A stretch of 64,000 nt of DNA from Paraspadella gotoi (Eukaryota > Animalia > Chaetognatha): positions 11,786,416-11,850,415 of the forward strand of contig CM119270.1 of NCBI GenBank assembly GCA_051294375.1, written 5' to 3'. Numbering within the stretch: position 1 is the stretch's first letter; every line of letters starts with the position of its first letter. Below are positions 39,267 through 54,868 of the stretch, one piece after another. The position numbers and the translations under genes were made by a program. A model generated the notes under the pieces. The model ran no database searches and was not told the DNA's origin. It was given only the letters and a program-made list of their open reading frames with translations.

Positions 39267-42200
39267 TCTAATCTCTCTTTCTTCCCCCTCTCTTCGTTCT
39301 CTTTAAATTATTTTACTCCTTTCTGCCTCTCTTCCCTCCCGTCTCTGTTTTCTTCCTATTTTTTTACTTCCTTTCCTAATTTTCTTCGAATTTTCTCTTT
39401 TTCTCTCTCAATTTTTGTCTCGATTCTTCAATAATTGTTCTTTCTCTTTCTCTCTCCTTTCATTTCTCCCCTTACCCAACCTCTCTTTCTTCTTCCTTTC
39501 TAATCTTCCCTTTCTATCTCATTCCCCCCTGCTTATATTTGCCCGGCGTGTCTTGTCTCTCGCCCCATCCATTTCGCCTTTGTGAGTCCGCGTTCGCATA
39601 ATCGTGATGAGGGAAAGAAAAGAGAGTAGGCCGTGGAGGCAAAGATTATGGCGNNNNNNNNNNNNNNNNNNNNNNNNNNNNNNNNNNNNNNNNNNNNNNN
39701 NNNNNNNNNNNNNNNNNNNNNNNNNNNNNNNNNNNNNNNNNNNNNNNNNNNNNNNNNNNNNNNNNNNNNNNNNNNNNNNNNNNNNNNNNNNTCTCTCTCT
39801 CTCTCTCTCTCTCTCTTTATCGATCCTTCAAATTCATCCATCTTCGCGACTCTGCCGCATTATATATAAACAATTTTTCGCGTTTTGTTATACAATAGTA
39901 GCGATTTTTCCCAGGGCCACCCGGGTTGTTTAGCATTTTGTTCTTTGTTACACGCGAGTGAACAAAGAGTTTGTTTCAAATTCATCATCTTAGCGGAGGG
40001 AGAATACGGATAATGATTCTTGATATGGTACAGAAAGATGCATTATTATAATGATTATATGTCGGCTAGCTTTAAAATCTTGTACTTTAAACTTCTGGGA
40101 GGAAGAATAATATATATATATATAGAAATAAATATATACAAAGAAAAATAAATTTGTTGTATGTATGTATGTATGTATGTATGTATGTATGTATATATGT
40201 ATGTATGTAGTATTTATGAGAATAAGACACAAAGTGATGTTGCACTTTTCATAAATGTTTACTTTTTTTAAAAAATTACTCTATTACAGTATAATATTGT
40301 AATTTTTATAAAATATACATGATACAACCGAGCCAAAAGTCCCTTAGGAAGAAATTGTACAAATTAATATTTTTTGCCAGAATCTAAATTTCCAGGTTTG
40401 GGGACGTTCTTTTGCATTAAGTGATTAACCTTAATTCAAAAAGTCATTTCGTCGTCGTCGTCGTCGTCGTCGTTTTCGGGATTAATGGAAGAATTTTCTC
40501 AAAAGACGAGAGGAGAAAATTTCCTTCGGCGTCAGGTCGGTCGGTCGGTCGATCGGGACGTCTAGAATATCAGGCGGATCAGGCGGATTTGAAGCCTGGC
40601 GAAACGAGTTTCTATTTTTGAATAAAAAAAAAACACAAAAAAACAAACAAACAAAGACTCTGATGGGAGCAGGAGAAAGATTACTGTCGACAAAAATGAC
40701 GAAGAAAATCTAATTTAGTCGCGAAAAAACAACAACAAAGAATANNNNNNNNNNNNNNNNNNNNNNNNNNNNNNNNNNNNNNNNNNNNNNNNNNNNNNNN
40801 NNNNNNNNNNNNNNNNNNNNNNNNNNNNNNNNNNNNNNNNNNNNNNNNNNNNNNNNNNNNNNNNNNNNNNNNNNNNNNNNNNNNNNNNNNNNNNNNNNNN
40901 NNNNNNNNNNNNNNNNNNNNNNNNNNNNNNNNNNNNNNNNNNNNNNNNNNNNNNNNNNNNNNNNNNNNNNNNNNNNNNNNNNNNNNNNNNNNNNNNNNNN
41001 NNNCCTTTTGCCAGAAAGAAAACGGAAACAATTTTCCTTTTTATTTTCTAATTTTTACTCTTAGAAAATTAGAAATTATAATAGAAAAAGAGAGATAAAA
41101 AGATACTTAGATTTAAGCGTTGGTGCTTGAGCCCGCTCATCGGAAACCGCTTATGTCTGGGATAATCCAATCTTCTGGACAAAATCATCGTCTCTTTCTC
41201 TTCGTTAATCACATCATCTTGATTATCTCGTCTTTCTAGTCGATCTCGTCTTCATTTTCCGCTCATCTCATCCTCATTTATCTCTTTCGTCGTCGTCGTC
41301 GTTCCTAGTGCCCGGGTCTTTGCTCTGCTGAGATAATAATCGCTTAACAGCGATAACTATCCCTCTACTGGGAGGAAACTTCGCCCTCTGTCTGGGTCGT
41401 CGTTTTCATCGTCGGTTTTTGACGTCAACGTAAATGTCGTCATCGTCGTTATTAACCTTTACGTCTGACCTAAAGACAAAGACATAAAGTTTGTTATCAA
41501 CGTCATTAATCTCATTGCTGTTTTTTCAATAATCATTATAGGTTTCGGTCTATCAGTAACGTCGCTGTATCTAACATCGTCAAAGTCATTATCGATTTCT
41601 CTGTCACGATCGGCCATTGATTTCTACGACGCCTTTGTCAAACTGGTCAGNNNNNNNNNNNNNNNNNNNNNNNNNNNNNNNNNNNNNNNNNNNNNNNNNN
41701 NNNNNNNNNNNNNNNNNNNNNNNNNNNNNNNNNNNNNNNNNNNNNNNNNNNNNNNNNNNNNNNNNNNNNNNNNNNNNNNNNNNNNNNNNNNNNNNNNNNN
41801 NNNNNNNNNNNNNNNNNNNNNNNNNNNNNNNNNNNNNNNNNNNNNNNNNNNNNNNNNNNNNNNNNNNNNNNNNNNNNNNNNNNNNNNNNNNNNNNNNNNN
41901 NNNNNNNNNNNNNNNNNNNNNNNNNNNNNNNNNNNNNNNNNNNNNNNNNNNNNNNNNNNNNNNNNNNNNNNNNNNNNNNNNNNNNNNNNNNNNNNNNNNN
42001 NNNNNNNNNNNNNNNNNNNNNNNNNNNNNNNNNNNNNNNNNNNNNNNNNNNNNNNNNNNNNNNNNNNNNNNNNNNNNNNNNNNNNNNNNNNNNNNNNNNN
42101 NNNNNNNNNNNNNNNNNNNNNNNNNNNNNNNNCTCTCTCTCTCTCCAGTTTCCTAGTCTGAGGTGCCCCAGTTTTTCATGGCGGCAAAGCACCCCGCCCA

Positions 42201-43089
42201 GCGTGTCGGTTCATCTTCCTCCTTCGGCTTTCCCTTCTTCCCGACCTTGCATAAAAAAAAGAAAAAAGAAAAAAGAAAAAAAGAAAACCTTACTATTTCT
42301 TTCCCATTTTTTTTTTCCGGCAGCATAAAACGTTACTTTCATTCTTGTTTCTTTCGGGCGAAGATAAAAACGGACGGAACCGAATCTTTCCGGCACCGGA
42401 AAAAAAACCCGCATAGAACGAGCAGAGAGTCTTTGGCCCGCCCGCGGCCTCTCGCCCAACTCACTTGCTTAATTTGTTTTTTAATTTTTCCCGCGAGATT
42501 TCAGTTTTTAGCCAAAAAGTCTGCGTCTCTTTCTTGAAATATTTAAAAGAGCTGGTTCCATATAAATTTTCTTAGAATATAAACTTAAAGACAGCAGCAA
42601 CGTTTTATCTATTATAATTAATATAATTTCGGTAGAACCTTGGGATTTTTCTACTAGTTTGTTGGATACAAAATTTTCGAGTTCATTTGTTTGAGGAAGC
42701 GCCAGTATAACCTGCCATCATGTGTGTTTGTGCATCCAGAAATGTACACGCTGAGTGCAAGTGCGCGTGGCTTAAAGAAAGAAAACCAGATTTCCGTCGT
42801 CGAAAAAGTGAAAGACCGAAAACGGACGGAGTTTTTCTTTAAACGACCGAAACAATGGAAAAACCATCACTCACTGTTTTCTCTCTTCTCCAGACGATTT
42901 TTCTCTGGAGACAAGCAGCATCGGATAAAATACGACGATCATGAAAATCAATCACGGGCGCAGCTTGATAGATTTAAAACTGTTTTGCCGATCAACAATT
43001 GCTGAAGAGATTGCTACAGGGCGACCGAATTATGCTTCTGTGTACAAAAATTATTATGATGTCATCTTAAAGAAAATAGCTTTAATAAG

Positions 43090-43588
43090 AATAACAGGAA
43101 CGAAACGCAAAGAAAAGACAAGAAAGATATTACAAGAACAGACAAGGAAAGAACGAAAGAAGGAAAGCGAAGCCAAAGGAAGGAAGGAAGGAAGAAGCCG
43201 AAGGAAGGAAGGAAGAAGGATAGGCAAGAAAGCGAAGGAAGGAAGGTCAAGAAGGAAGCGATAGGAAGACAGAACGACACGACAAACGACACGCAACGCA
43301 AAAACGAACGAACGAATAACGCACACGCAACGAACGAAGGCAAGCGAAGGAACGGAAGAAGGAAGGAAGGAAGGACAGAAGGAAGGAAGGAAGGAAGGAA
43401 GGAACAGGACAGGAAGGAAGCGAAAGGAAGCGAAGCCGAAGCGAAGCGAAAGCCGACAGATACGACTACGAACGAACGACACGAACGAACGAGACGAACG
43501 ATAACGATCACGATACGAACGACACGCATCACGAACGAACGAACGACGAACGCAACGAACGGACACGAACGAAGGAGGAAGGAAGGAT
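43090..43588 (+). repeat. Noisy (GAAG)n/(GAAC)n tract
   Basis: Tetranucleotide repeats with dense indels, resembling raw long-read sequence. Confidence 0.8.
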
Positions 43589-44576
43589 TTGGTAAAATTT
43601 CAATTTCATCTTTCTTCGTTCGTTCGTTTAATATTTCCCGTTTTTCCATTAGAACTTTATTTAGACTTTTATTTCAATTTCCTTCCTGTTTTCTCTTCCG
43701 TTTCTCCGTTTGTTTCTTTTTTTTCCTCCTGATTTGTTTTCTTTCTCGACGTCGCTCGTTTCTCCATCGATTCGCCATTTTATTTCCGGTTAGCGGCCTT
43801 TTATGTTTATCGCCAGAAACTGACTCAGCGCATTTTCCGGTGATTTTCAACGCTCGAGCCTCGTTGTCGTTAGTATGATCGTTGTCAAGCGCGATGCGCT
43901 TTTTTTTTTATTCGTTTTCGTATTTGTCTTTAAAAGGGCTTGGGAATTGGATGTAAACTCTCTTTTTAATTCTTCGAAAAATAACTATATCAGCAGAATG
44001 AGTTTTCTTTAGTCATTTTTGGTTACAATGATATTATTTACTCATATTCAAATATATACATTAAAATTGATTGAATTGTTTGATATTGTATACAATTTTA
44101 ATCAATCAAAATTTGACAGCTACGACTATGAAACGCTTATTCTTGGTATTGCGTTTTTTTTTTTCGTTCTCGATTCATGAAAATTTAGTTTTTGTTTTTG
44201 TCATTTTTGACAATGTTATGATCCAAAATATTTAGGTTTTGTTTTTATGCTAAAACAGATGTTTCCCTTCGCGGCTCGAAAGGAGAGAGAGAGAAAGATA
44301 GAATCTGACAACGTTTCTCTCTTCTGTTTCCTCTCTTCTCTACGTACGGTTTGTTTCTCCTGCAAACAAACGTTGACCTACATCTCGTCAGCAAGGGGGC
44401 GTCGAAATACTAGGACCGCTCCCGAAATTCCATTTATATTTTTCATTTTATTTTTCCATTAATAGCACAAAAAAGTTATAATAACGGAAAAAATTGAGAG
44501 GCAAAGCCCATCTCAAATTCTTTTGAAATTCACGACGGGAGAAGAAAGGAATTAGCGAGGAGTGACAATCTTGGGA

Positions 44577-45293
<717 letters not shown>

Positions 45294-45835
45294 TTCCCTC
45301 TCATCTTTTTTCTCTCCCTTTTTTATTTTAATTTCGCGCGCGAGTTCTTTTCCGCCATGAAAATTTTTATGCCTCCCGTTATTTTCCTCTTTTCTCTTCC
45401 GCTTCATTTTGTTTTATTTCGATTTCGCCTTTTTTTTATGTCCTTCTTTTTTTCTTTTTTTTTCTGTTGTGCTTCGATTCCGTTTCATTAGTTTCCGATA
45501 CTTCGCCGGTTTATGTTTTTTTTCCTTTTCCCGGTTTTTGTTTTGATTGGGGTTTTTCGGGATGGGCGCGGTGTTGGGCGCCGGCTTCAGCTCAGCAGCC
45601 TACCCTGCGCGGTCCTTTGTCCCTCTGCGTTCCTGTTTTCAAAGGCGCCGTTGGCGACGCTCGGTTGTCGGCTTCGTCATAAACCGACTAAGTCCTTCGA
45701 TTTTTTTAAGAGAAAGTAGAATCATAATACTTTTTTCATGAACTAAGTTTGCGTCGTCGTCGTCGTCGTCGCTGTAGTTGTTGTTATTACGGCGTCGTCG
45801 ATGTTGTCGTTGTAATCGGGTCAGACGAAGAAATC

Positions 45836-45900
<65 letters not shown>

Positions 45901-47308
45901 TCGCTCTCAACGGCGAGAGATTTAAACAACGAAATCGTTTGTTTTTTTCTAACATTGAGTTCTCTAACCCTTGTTGGAATCATTGAATACAAACTCGGCA
46001 GACAGCGAACTAGCGATTTGATGATTTGGTAGATGACAACGACGACGACTAAAACGATGACAACGACGACGAAACCGACAAGGACGGTAACGAGTGATAT
46101 ATTTTTTTGAAATACGATCGTCGGTTGTCGTCGCTGGCGTCGACGACGATTTTTCTTGCGTTTCGCAAACTCGATAAACGAAGTCGCGGGTTCCGAGTCT
46201 CGTCTCGGTCTCCACTTTCAAAGCTGAGACCAGAAACCCGAAGCGACTGAAAAGTGAGAAGGGGGCGGAGGTGGGGGGAATAAGGAAGGAAATAAGGAAA
46301 GTAACGGAGATAGATTTGAAAGTTTGCGTTTTTTGGCTTTTTTTAGTATAAAATGCAAATTAAAAACATTCTTTGAATTTCCTATAATCAAATCTAATTC
46401 TTTTTTTAAAAAAATATTTTAATTATGGTTTCGCATCTAAATTATACAATTATACATTGTGTAAATTTTAGGTGAGTTGACGATTTTCGGTTTACTTTTC
46501 CATAGACAGTAAAGCGTAGTTAAAATTCTAAATTGAACTTCAGTTTTTGCAGATTTAGATTCGTAATGAAAAGTTGATAAAATATCAGAAAAACCTATAT
46601 ATTAAGCTGAAAATTAAAATTTTATATATTAAATATTTTATTTTTCATATATTATATTTCGATTTTATAAAGATAGTACTACATATAATAAACGTAAAAT
46701 TATTTTTTTTAAATTAATGTTCAGTGATAGTATGTTATTCATAAATTACTTTTAGAATTTTCACATGTAACTTTCACTACTCTCTAATAGACAGAGTATC
46801 CTGGACAGATTGTTATGTACCGAGAAATATCTTAGTTTTTCTGCGCCACCCATTGGCATTCGAAATCATTTGGTTCTCAACAAATCGGAGCGAAAACGTT
46901 GGAAATCGTTTCTCGTTCGCTTTCAGCCACAAGTGACTTCGGCAATACGGAGAACTTTAACTCTAACAGAAAAGACGAGAGACATTAAGAACTTTGACAA
47001 CAATGATAATAGGAACAATGACCATTGACCAACAACAATTTTCCGCCGCAAACTTTCACATTTTGTCTTGTACAGAGTCACGGGCCTCGCCGTTAGCTAA
47101 CTGATGTTTAAATGACTTAGGACGATAACTCAATCAAAATTTTGGTCACATGCTAACTTACCTCCACGCGGTGCTAGCGGGAACATCCTTTCGGATGGCA
47201 AAAGAGACGGGAGGCTCTGAGTAACGGAGTGGGCCAGGCCCAGCCGACCTGGTCACCTCCTCCCCCTCCTCCTCCCCCTCTTCCTCCCCTTCCCCCTTCC
47301 CCCTTCCC

Positions 47309-48932
47309 CCTAACCTCTCCCCTCTCTCCCTCTCTTCCTCTATCTTCCTTTATCTTTCCCCACCCTAATTAAACAACATTCAGGCTGCAGCCTCTCAAGG
47401 CAAGCTTTGAGAGTTAGGTGGTCCCTCCTTAGTCACATGCTATTGGATTATACTTTTGCTAAAATATAGTATTACTCTTTTTTTTTAAAGTTTGTCTTTT
47501 CGCTCTTCAGCCTCAAAACCACCGAAAATCCGATGATGTCAGAACCAAAACCGACAATGCTTTTGTTAACCAACCGATAAGTCTTTTCTTTTATCCTTTC
47601 TATCCTTTCTATCCTTTCTATCCTTTCTAAGAACGAAAGGCGAAAAAAAAGCGTTTTCACCTCAGCTAGAAGGGTCACGCTTTGATCCAGGAATTTTTTT
47701 TTTTTATTTTTTTATTGAGCTTTGTAGAAAATTTATAATTTTATCGAGTATTCCTGGAAGGAACGTGACCAAATAAAGAGAAAAAAGCGGACAACAACAA
47801 CATATTGAAAGAAAGAAAATAAAAATGGAGATGAAAGGAATGTCCCTTTTATTTTTTTACTATATGCGACGATTCTTATTTCAACGCTATTTCACAAAGA
47901 AGGATAAAAAGATACGCGGTGTCTAGAGTTACCCGGAAATATACACTGAAATGCTACCGAAGGAGCTCTCAATTGGATTATGACGGACCGACCATAAAAG
48001 CGAATATTTTCAGAGAGAAGTTAAAAATGAATGAAGCAAACGTTATTCTTCTTTCCTCCCATTTCGTCTCTCTTATTCCTCTTTTCCTTCTATCGAAAAT
48101 TCAACTTTTTTTAAAAAACAAAACGTTTATCCAGTTTTTTTTTTCCTTCATCGATTTTTTTTTCTTTCGTTTTTTTTCAATAATTGAAAAATGGAGAGGA
48201 ATCTTTTTATTTTTTTTCTCCTTAAGCTACACAAAGGTTGTTGTTGTTGTTGTTGTTGTTGTCGATGTCGTCGCCTTTGAGTGCGTCGGCTTTGACGTCA
48301 TCAACCTTCTAAAAAAATAAATATTTTTTTTAAAGGTTTTTTAATCGTTTTTCGTTTTTTCTCGGATCGCAAGTAAAAAATTTTCATTTTGATTAGTCTT
48401 AAAGGAACTACTACTAAACCTTCTTTTGCTCGTTGGGTATTTTAATACTTTTTAAGAATATTTTTTTTTCAAATAGAATATTATTATTAATATATAATAT
48501 ATAATTAATTACGAGAATTTTGATTGAATGAAAAAGAGAGAAAACGATTTTTTTTCTTTATCGAATCGATGAAATGATTGATTTATTTTTTATGAGATAC
48601 CGATAGGTCACGGCTCTCGTTAACACTTCTCCGTTATGTCAAACTAATTTTTCCCTAATGTTTTCGTCGTTGTGGCGCGGGTCGAATTACAGTAGTTTAG
48701 CAGCCATTAAGATGCGAGTTTGGGCGCCGATGCGCCAGCGGAGGCCAAAACAGTGGTGCCATCTAAGCGAGCGGAATGAAGCGAAAAAGAAAAAGTTTTT
48801 TTATGGGGAATTTTCTAGAGGCGCTTGGCTTGGTTTCCAAGTTCGATAGTATTCAACTTGCAACACCGTAAAACCTCCTTTTTTGAGGTTTACTTTACTT
48901 TCTTTCTATCTTTATTTCTTTCTTTCTTTCTG

Positions 48933-49004
<72 letters not shown>

Positions 49005-49693
49005 TTTTTCTTTTTTTTCTTTTTTCTTTCCTTCTCTCTTTCATCCTTTCTTTCTTCTTTTTTTTTCCTTTTTTCTTTTTATCTTTCTTTTTTTGTTTTA
49101 TTTTCTTTTTTCCATTTTTTCAGAGCTTTTTCATATTCAAACAAGAATGTTTGACGTGAAAATAATATTCTTGTTAGCAAAGCAAAAGCTTAAAATTTCG
49201 CGCACTGATTTAGATCGTTAAAATGTTTTTTTAACTATATATATATTGACTCAGAATGATTATTTTTTTATTCGAACGTCGAGAGCTAGGCAAAATTTTT
49301 CTCGGAGTTTTTCAGGAGAAATTTGTTAACATTTCTCTCCGAGTCTCTTATGAAATTGGTAAATTCAATATAAAAATTATCCAATCATTTAATAGATAAG
49401 TTTTTCTATCGCTCGGGTTTTTATCATCTCAAATTTTAGAATTTTTAAACCTCCCCGCATGAGTCGAGACTAAATCCATTACGAGACGCCTGGGCAAACG
49501 TGTTGCTATGGAAACGGGCAACAGTTGGTCGCTAACGACCAACGCAAGGATTTGCTCAGACAAGACGCCGCCAACAGCAGCAGTGACGCTCACTAACGAT
49601 TCCATCCTGGGAAGACAGACCACTTTAATTACTGTAACAGTAAACAGCACCTGCTCTACCTTGTTCTTTTTTTTTGACTCCACAGACTCTCTT

Positions 49694-49786
<93 letters not shown>

Positions 49787-50021
49787 CTCTCTTGCTCTCT
49801 CTCTCTGGTTCACCCCTTCTCTAATGGTCCATTTCTTGTATAATTAACAACCAACCCTTTCAAGTTCTCGAGGAATTCCAACGACAACAACAACAACAAC
49901 TCCAACCGCTCTCCTCTCCTCGATTCACCCTTTTCTTTCCAATCTATTCTTTCATTTAATTCAAGGTCAGTTCTTCCTCGCGAGCAATTCTTCACCGTGG
50001 TTTTTGCGAAGGAGTTGAGCC

Positions 50022-50061
<40 letters not shown>

Positions 50062-50073
50062 AGAGAGGAGGAG

Positions 50074-50107
<34 letters not shown>

Positions 50108-53100
50108 AGAGAGAGAGACTCCATCCCCATTTCGTAATATGTAGTATATATCACATAAAACACATGTGCCATTTTTTCTGGCATTCTTTTCCTCCCTCAT
50201 CGCATTCCCTCCGATATTCCCGCTCTTCTGTCGCAACTCTTGTGATGATATCGAAACGTGACTCGAATTCTTTTTGGTCTTTGTTTTCAATTCCAACTGA
50301 ATTATTCAATGGAGGGCGACTTAAACGCCATCTTCTAGATCCTTATAATGAAATATTAAAGGATTGTTAGTTTAATATGTCAATCCTAATCCTGGATCTT
50401 CGTTATTTCAGTGTATCGTTATGTATCAGAAATTTTATACCCTTTCAAACTTTTAAACCATTATTGGAAGATCTAAAATGAATTAACAAGAGAGGAAGTC
50501 TCATCTCGGCCGAACGGATAAAAATAACCATAAATTAAAAGGGTTTCGGACTAAAACGTTGAGAAAAAAAATTAATGGAAAGAAATATGAGGAGGAAAAA
50601 AGAGTTGAAAAGAGGAAAAAAAAAATAAAAATAAAAGAAAAAAGAAGGAAAATTCCGGGTCTCACTTTGCAGGAAATCTGGAAATACTCATTTATTTCCA
50701 TGAATGGGAGAAAATCTGGGCTGGATTCTGTGAAAAGGAAGGGAGGGTGAGGGGAGAGGAGAAGAAGAGAAAGGGGAAAAGATTAAATGAAGGGAAACTT
50801 AAAATGAAAAAAGAAAAGGGGAGGAGGTGGAAAAAGTAAGGGGAAGAGCGAGGTGAAGGGAGAAAATAAGAAGAGGAAGGTTAGTAAAACTGGGTAGGGA
50901 ATTATAGAACCTCTCAGAAGATGACGATTTTTCATAGGTCAGGGTAGATCAAAGCTTGAAGAATTAAAGTAATTTAGAATTTTGTTGAGAATGTAAAAAC
51001 CGGTTTTCTTTGTATTAACATTTTGAAAATGGAAATAATTCTGGAAGTTTTTCTTGCGAATTTCTGCTTGCGCAACTCGCTACCACATTTCGAATAAAGT
51101 ACAGAAAGCAATTCATTTTTTGTCCGACATCACCGTAAAGATCCTTTCGCTTTATCGTGACTGGGAAGCTTTTTTTTTTTGGCAACAAAGGGTCACGTAC
51201 GATTCGCCTTCGTGGTCGCGTGGAAAGATTGTATTTTATCGCTCAAACGTATAAACGATTCAATAGTTTAATGTATATTAATAACCATAAAAAAATTCTT
51301 ATTAGCTAACCCCTTCTGAAATTTTTTTTTTCGTATGTCGTTACGTTAATAAGCTAAGTATTTTGAACAGTTTTTTAAGAGGTATTTCGTTAGTTTAATT
51401 GATGCATAGTTAAGATTTCCTCCTCACTGACCTCAAATCCAAATTCAATTGCGTCCTCATGACATTTATTGCGTCCTCATGACATTTATTGTCTTTCCTT
51501 CATTAATTCCTCGTCAGAGACGAAATTGTCGTTCTGAGAGACAATATTATATATATTTTTTTTTTTGTTAGAAAATGATTGTGCAGACGAATTGATNNNN
51601 NNNNNNNNNNNNNNNNNNNNNNNNNNNNNNNNNNNNNNNNNNNNNNNNNNNNNNNNNNNNNNNNNNNNNNNNNNNNNNNNNNNNNNNNNNNNNNNNNNNN
51701 NNNNNNNNNNNNNNNNNNNNNNNNNNNNNNNNNNNNNNNNNNNNNNNNNNNNNNNNNNNNNNNNNNNNNNNNNNNNNNNNNATTTGGATATCGCGACTAT
51801 TTTTTTGACCTGACGTCAAATTCGGCTCAAATAATGAAAGGGCGCTAAAGGACGAGTTAGATTTGGCGAGTGGTAAAGTAAAATGGCATAATTTTTTTAT
51901 AGGGCGACGACGCCACTAAACGCCAAACGCCAATGCCGATCCTGACGCCAATTCCCCAAAGCACACGCCAACGCCGAAACCGGAAAATTCCCGCGATTTT
52001 AAAATAATTTTATTCGAACGAGGATCCACAACTTTCTATTTCCATTTATATTTCTAATGAGAATCAAATTAAATATCGCCCTCTCGCCACTCGCCAAATC
52101 TAACTCGGTCCTTTAGCGCCCTTTCATTATTTGAGGCCGAATTTGACGTCAGGTCAAAAAAATTAGTCGCGATATCCAATTGATTGACCCCAAAATTTTG
52201 CTCCCTTTATATCATCAATTCGTCTGCACAATCATTTTCTAACAAAAAAAAATATATATATTAATATTGTCTCTTCAGAACGACAATTTCGTCTCTGACG
52301 AGGACATAATGAAGGAAAGACAATAAATGTCATGAGGACGCAATAAATGTCATGAGGACGCAATTGATTTGGATTTGAGGTCAGTGAGGAGGAAATCTTA
52401 ACTATGGCATCAATTAAACTAACGAAATACCTCTTAAAAAACTGTTCAAAATACTTAGCTTATTAACGTAACGACATACGAAAAAAAAAAATTTCAGAAG
52501 GGGTTAGCTAATAAGAATTTTTTATGGTTATTAATATACATTAAACTATTGAATCGTTATACGTTTGAGCGATAAAATACAATCTTTCCAACGCGACACG
52601 GAAGGCGAATCGTACGTGCACCTTTGTTGCAAAAAAAAAAGCTTCCCAGTCACGATAAAAGCGAAAGGATCTTTACGGTGATGTCGGACAAAAAATGAAT
52701 TGCTTTCTGTACTTTATTCGAAATGTGTAGCGAGTTGCGCGCAAGCAGAAATTCGCAAGAAAAACTTCCAGAATTATTTCCATTTTCAAAATGTTATACA
52801 AAGATAAACCGGTTTTTACATTCTCAACAAAAATTCTAAATTTACTTAATTCTTCAAGCTTTGATCTACCCTGACCTATGAAAAATCGTCATCTTCTGAG
52901 AGGTTCTATAATTCCCTACCCAGTTTTTACTAACCTTACCTCTTCTTATTTTCTCCTTCACCTCGCTTCTCCCCTTACTTTTTTCCACCTCCTCCCCTTT
53001 TCTTTTTTCATTTTAAGTTTCCCTTCATTTAATCTTTTCCCCCTTTCTCTTCTTCTCTCTCCCCTCACCCTCCCTTCCTTTTCACAGAAATCCAGCCCAG

Positions 53101-53743
53101 ATTTTCTCCCATTCATGGAAATAAATGAGTATTTCCAGATTTCCTGCAAAGTGAGACCCGGAATTTTCCTTCTTTTTCTTTATTTTATTTTTTTTTTTCC
53201 TCTTTTCAACTCTTTTTTGCTCCTCATATTTCTTATCCATTAAATTTTTTTCTCAACGTTTTAGTCCGAACCCTTTTAATTTCTGGTTATTTTTATCCGT
53301 TTCGGCCGAGATGAGACTTCCTCTCTTGTTAATTCATTTTAGATCTTCCAATTAATGGTTTAAAAGTTTGAAGGGTATAAAATTTCTGATACATAACGAT
53401 ACACTGAAATAACGAAGATCCAGGATTAGGATTGACATATTAAACTAACAATCCTTTAATATTCATATAAGGGATCTAGAAGATGGCGTTTTAAGTCGCC
53501 CTCCATTGAATAATTCAGTTGGAATTGAAAACAAAAGACCAAAAGAATTCGAGTCACGTTTCCGATATTCATCACAAGAGTTGCGACAGAAGAAAGCGGG
53601 AATATCGGACGGAATGCGATGAGGGAGGAAAAGAATGCCAGAAAAATGGCAACATGTGTTTTATGTGATATATACTACATATTACGAAATGGGGATGGAG
53701 CTCTCTCTCTCTCTCTCTCTGCTTTTCTCTCTCGCTCCCTCTC

Positions 53744-53783
<40 letters not shown>

Positions 53784-54050
53784 TCTCCCTCTCTCTCTCT
53801 CTAGTCGGCTCAACTCCTTCGCAAAAACCACGGTGAAGAATTGCTCGCGAGGAAGAACTGACCTTGAATTAAATGAAAATAGATTGGAAAGAAAAAGGGT
53901 GAATCGAGGAGAGGAGAGCGGTTGGAGTTGTTGTTGTTCTGTTGTCGTTGGAATTCCTCGAGAACTTTGAAAGGGTTGGTTCGTTAATTACAAAGAAATG
54001 GACCATTAGAGAAGGGGGTGAACCAGAGAGAGAGAGCAAGAGAGAAAAAA

Positions 54051-54112
<62 letters not shown>

Positions 54113-54834
54113 GAGAAGAAGAGAGAGAGAGAGAAAGAGAGTCTGTGGAGGTCAAAAAAAAAGACAAGGTAGAGCAGTTGCTGTTTACTGTTACAGTAAT
54201 TAAAGTGGTCTCTGTCTTCCCCAGGATGGAATCGTTAGTGACGTCACTGCTGCTGTTGGCGGCGTCTTGTCTTGAGCAAATCCTTGCGTTGGTCGTTAGC
54301 GACCAAACTGTTGCCCGTTTCCATAGCAACACGTTTGCCCAGGCGTCTCGTAATGGATTTAGTCTCGACTCATGCGGGGAGGTTTAAAAAATTCTAAAAA
54401 TTTGAGATGATAAAAACCCGAGCGATAGAAAAACTTATCTATAAATGATTGGATAATTTTTTATATTGAATTTACCAATTTCATAAGAGACTCGGAGTAG
54501 AAATGTTAACAAATTTCTCCTGAAAAAACTCCGAGAAAACTTTGCCTAGCTCTCGACGTTCCGAATAAAAAAATAATCATTCTGAGTCAATATATATATA
54601 GTTAAATAAAAACATTTTAACGATCTAAATCAGTGCCGCGAAAATTTAAAGCTTTTGCTTTGCTAAGCAAGAATATATATTTTCACGTCAAACATTCTTG
54701 TTTGAATATGAAAAAGCTCTGAAAAAATGGAAAAAAGAAAATAAAACAAAAAAGAAAGATAAAAAGAAAAAGGAAAAAAAAAGAAGAAAGAAAGGATGAA
54801 AGAGAGAAGGAAAGAAAAAGAAAAAAAAGAAAAA

Positions 54835-54868
<34 letters not shown>

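Noticed and set aside
43054-43649. 170-195 aa ORFs
   Set aside because: Translation of a noisy GAAG/GAAC tract.
47155-47220. Minus-strand consensus donor GAG|gtaagt at 47162/47161 with a short possible exon
   Set aside because: Weak acceptor, no partner exons and no recognisable peptide.
49429-49843. ORFs on both strands around the X-box
   Set aside because: No recognisable domain or consistent splice pair, and they run into a CT microsatellite.
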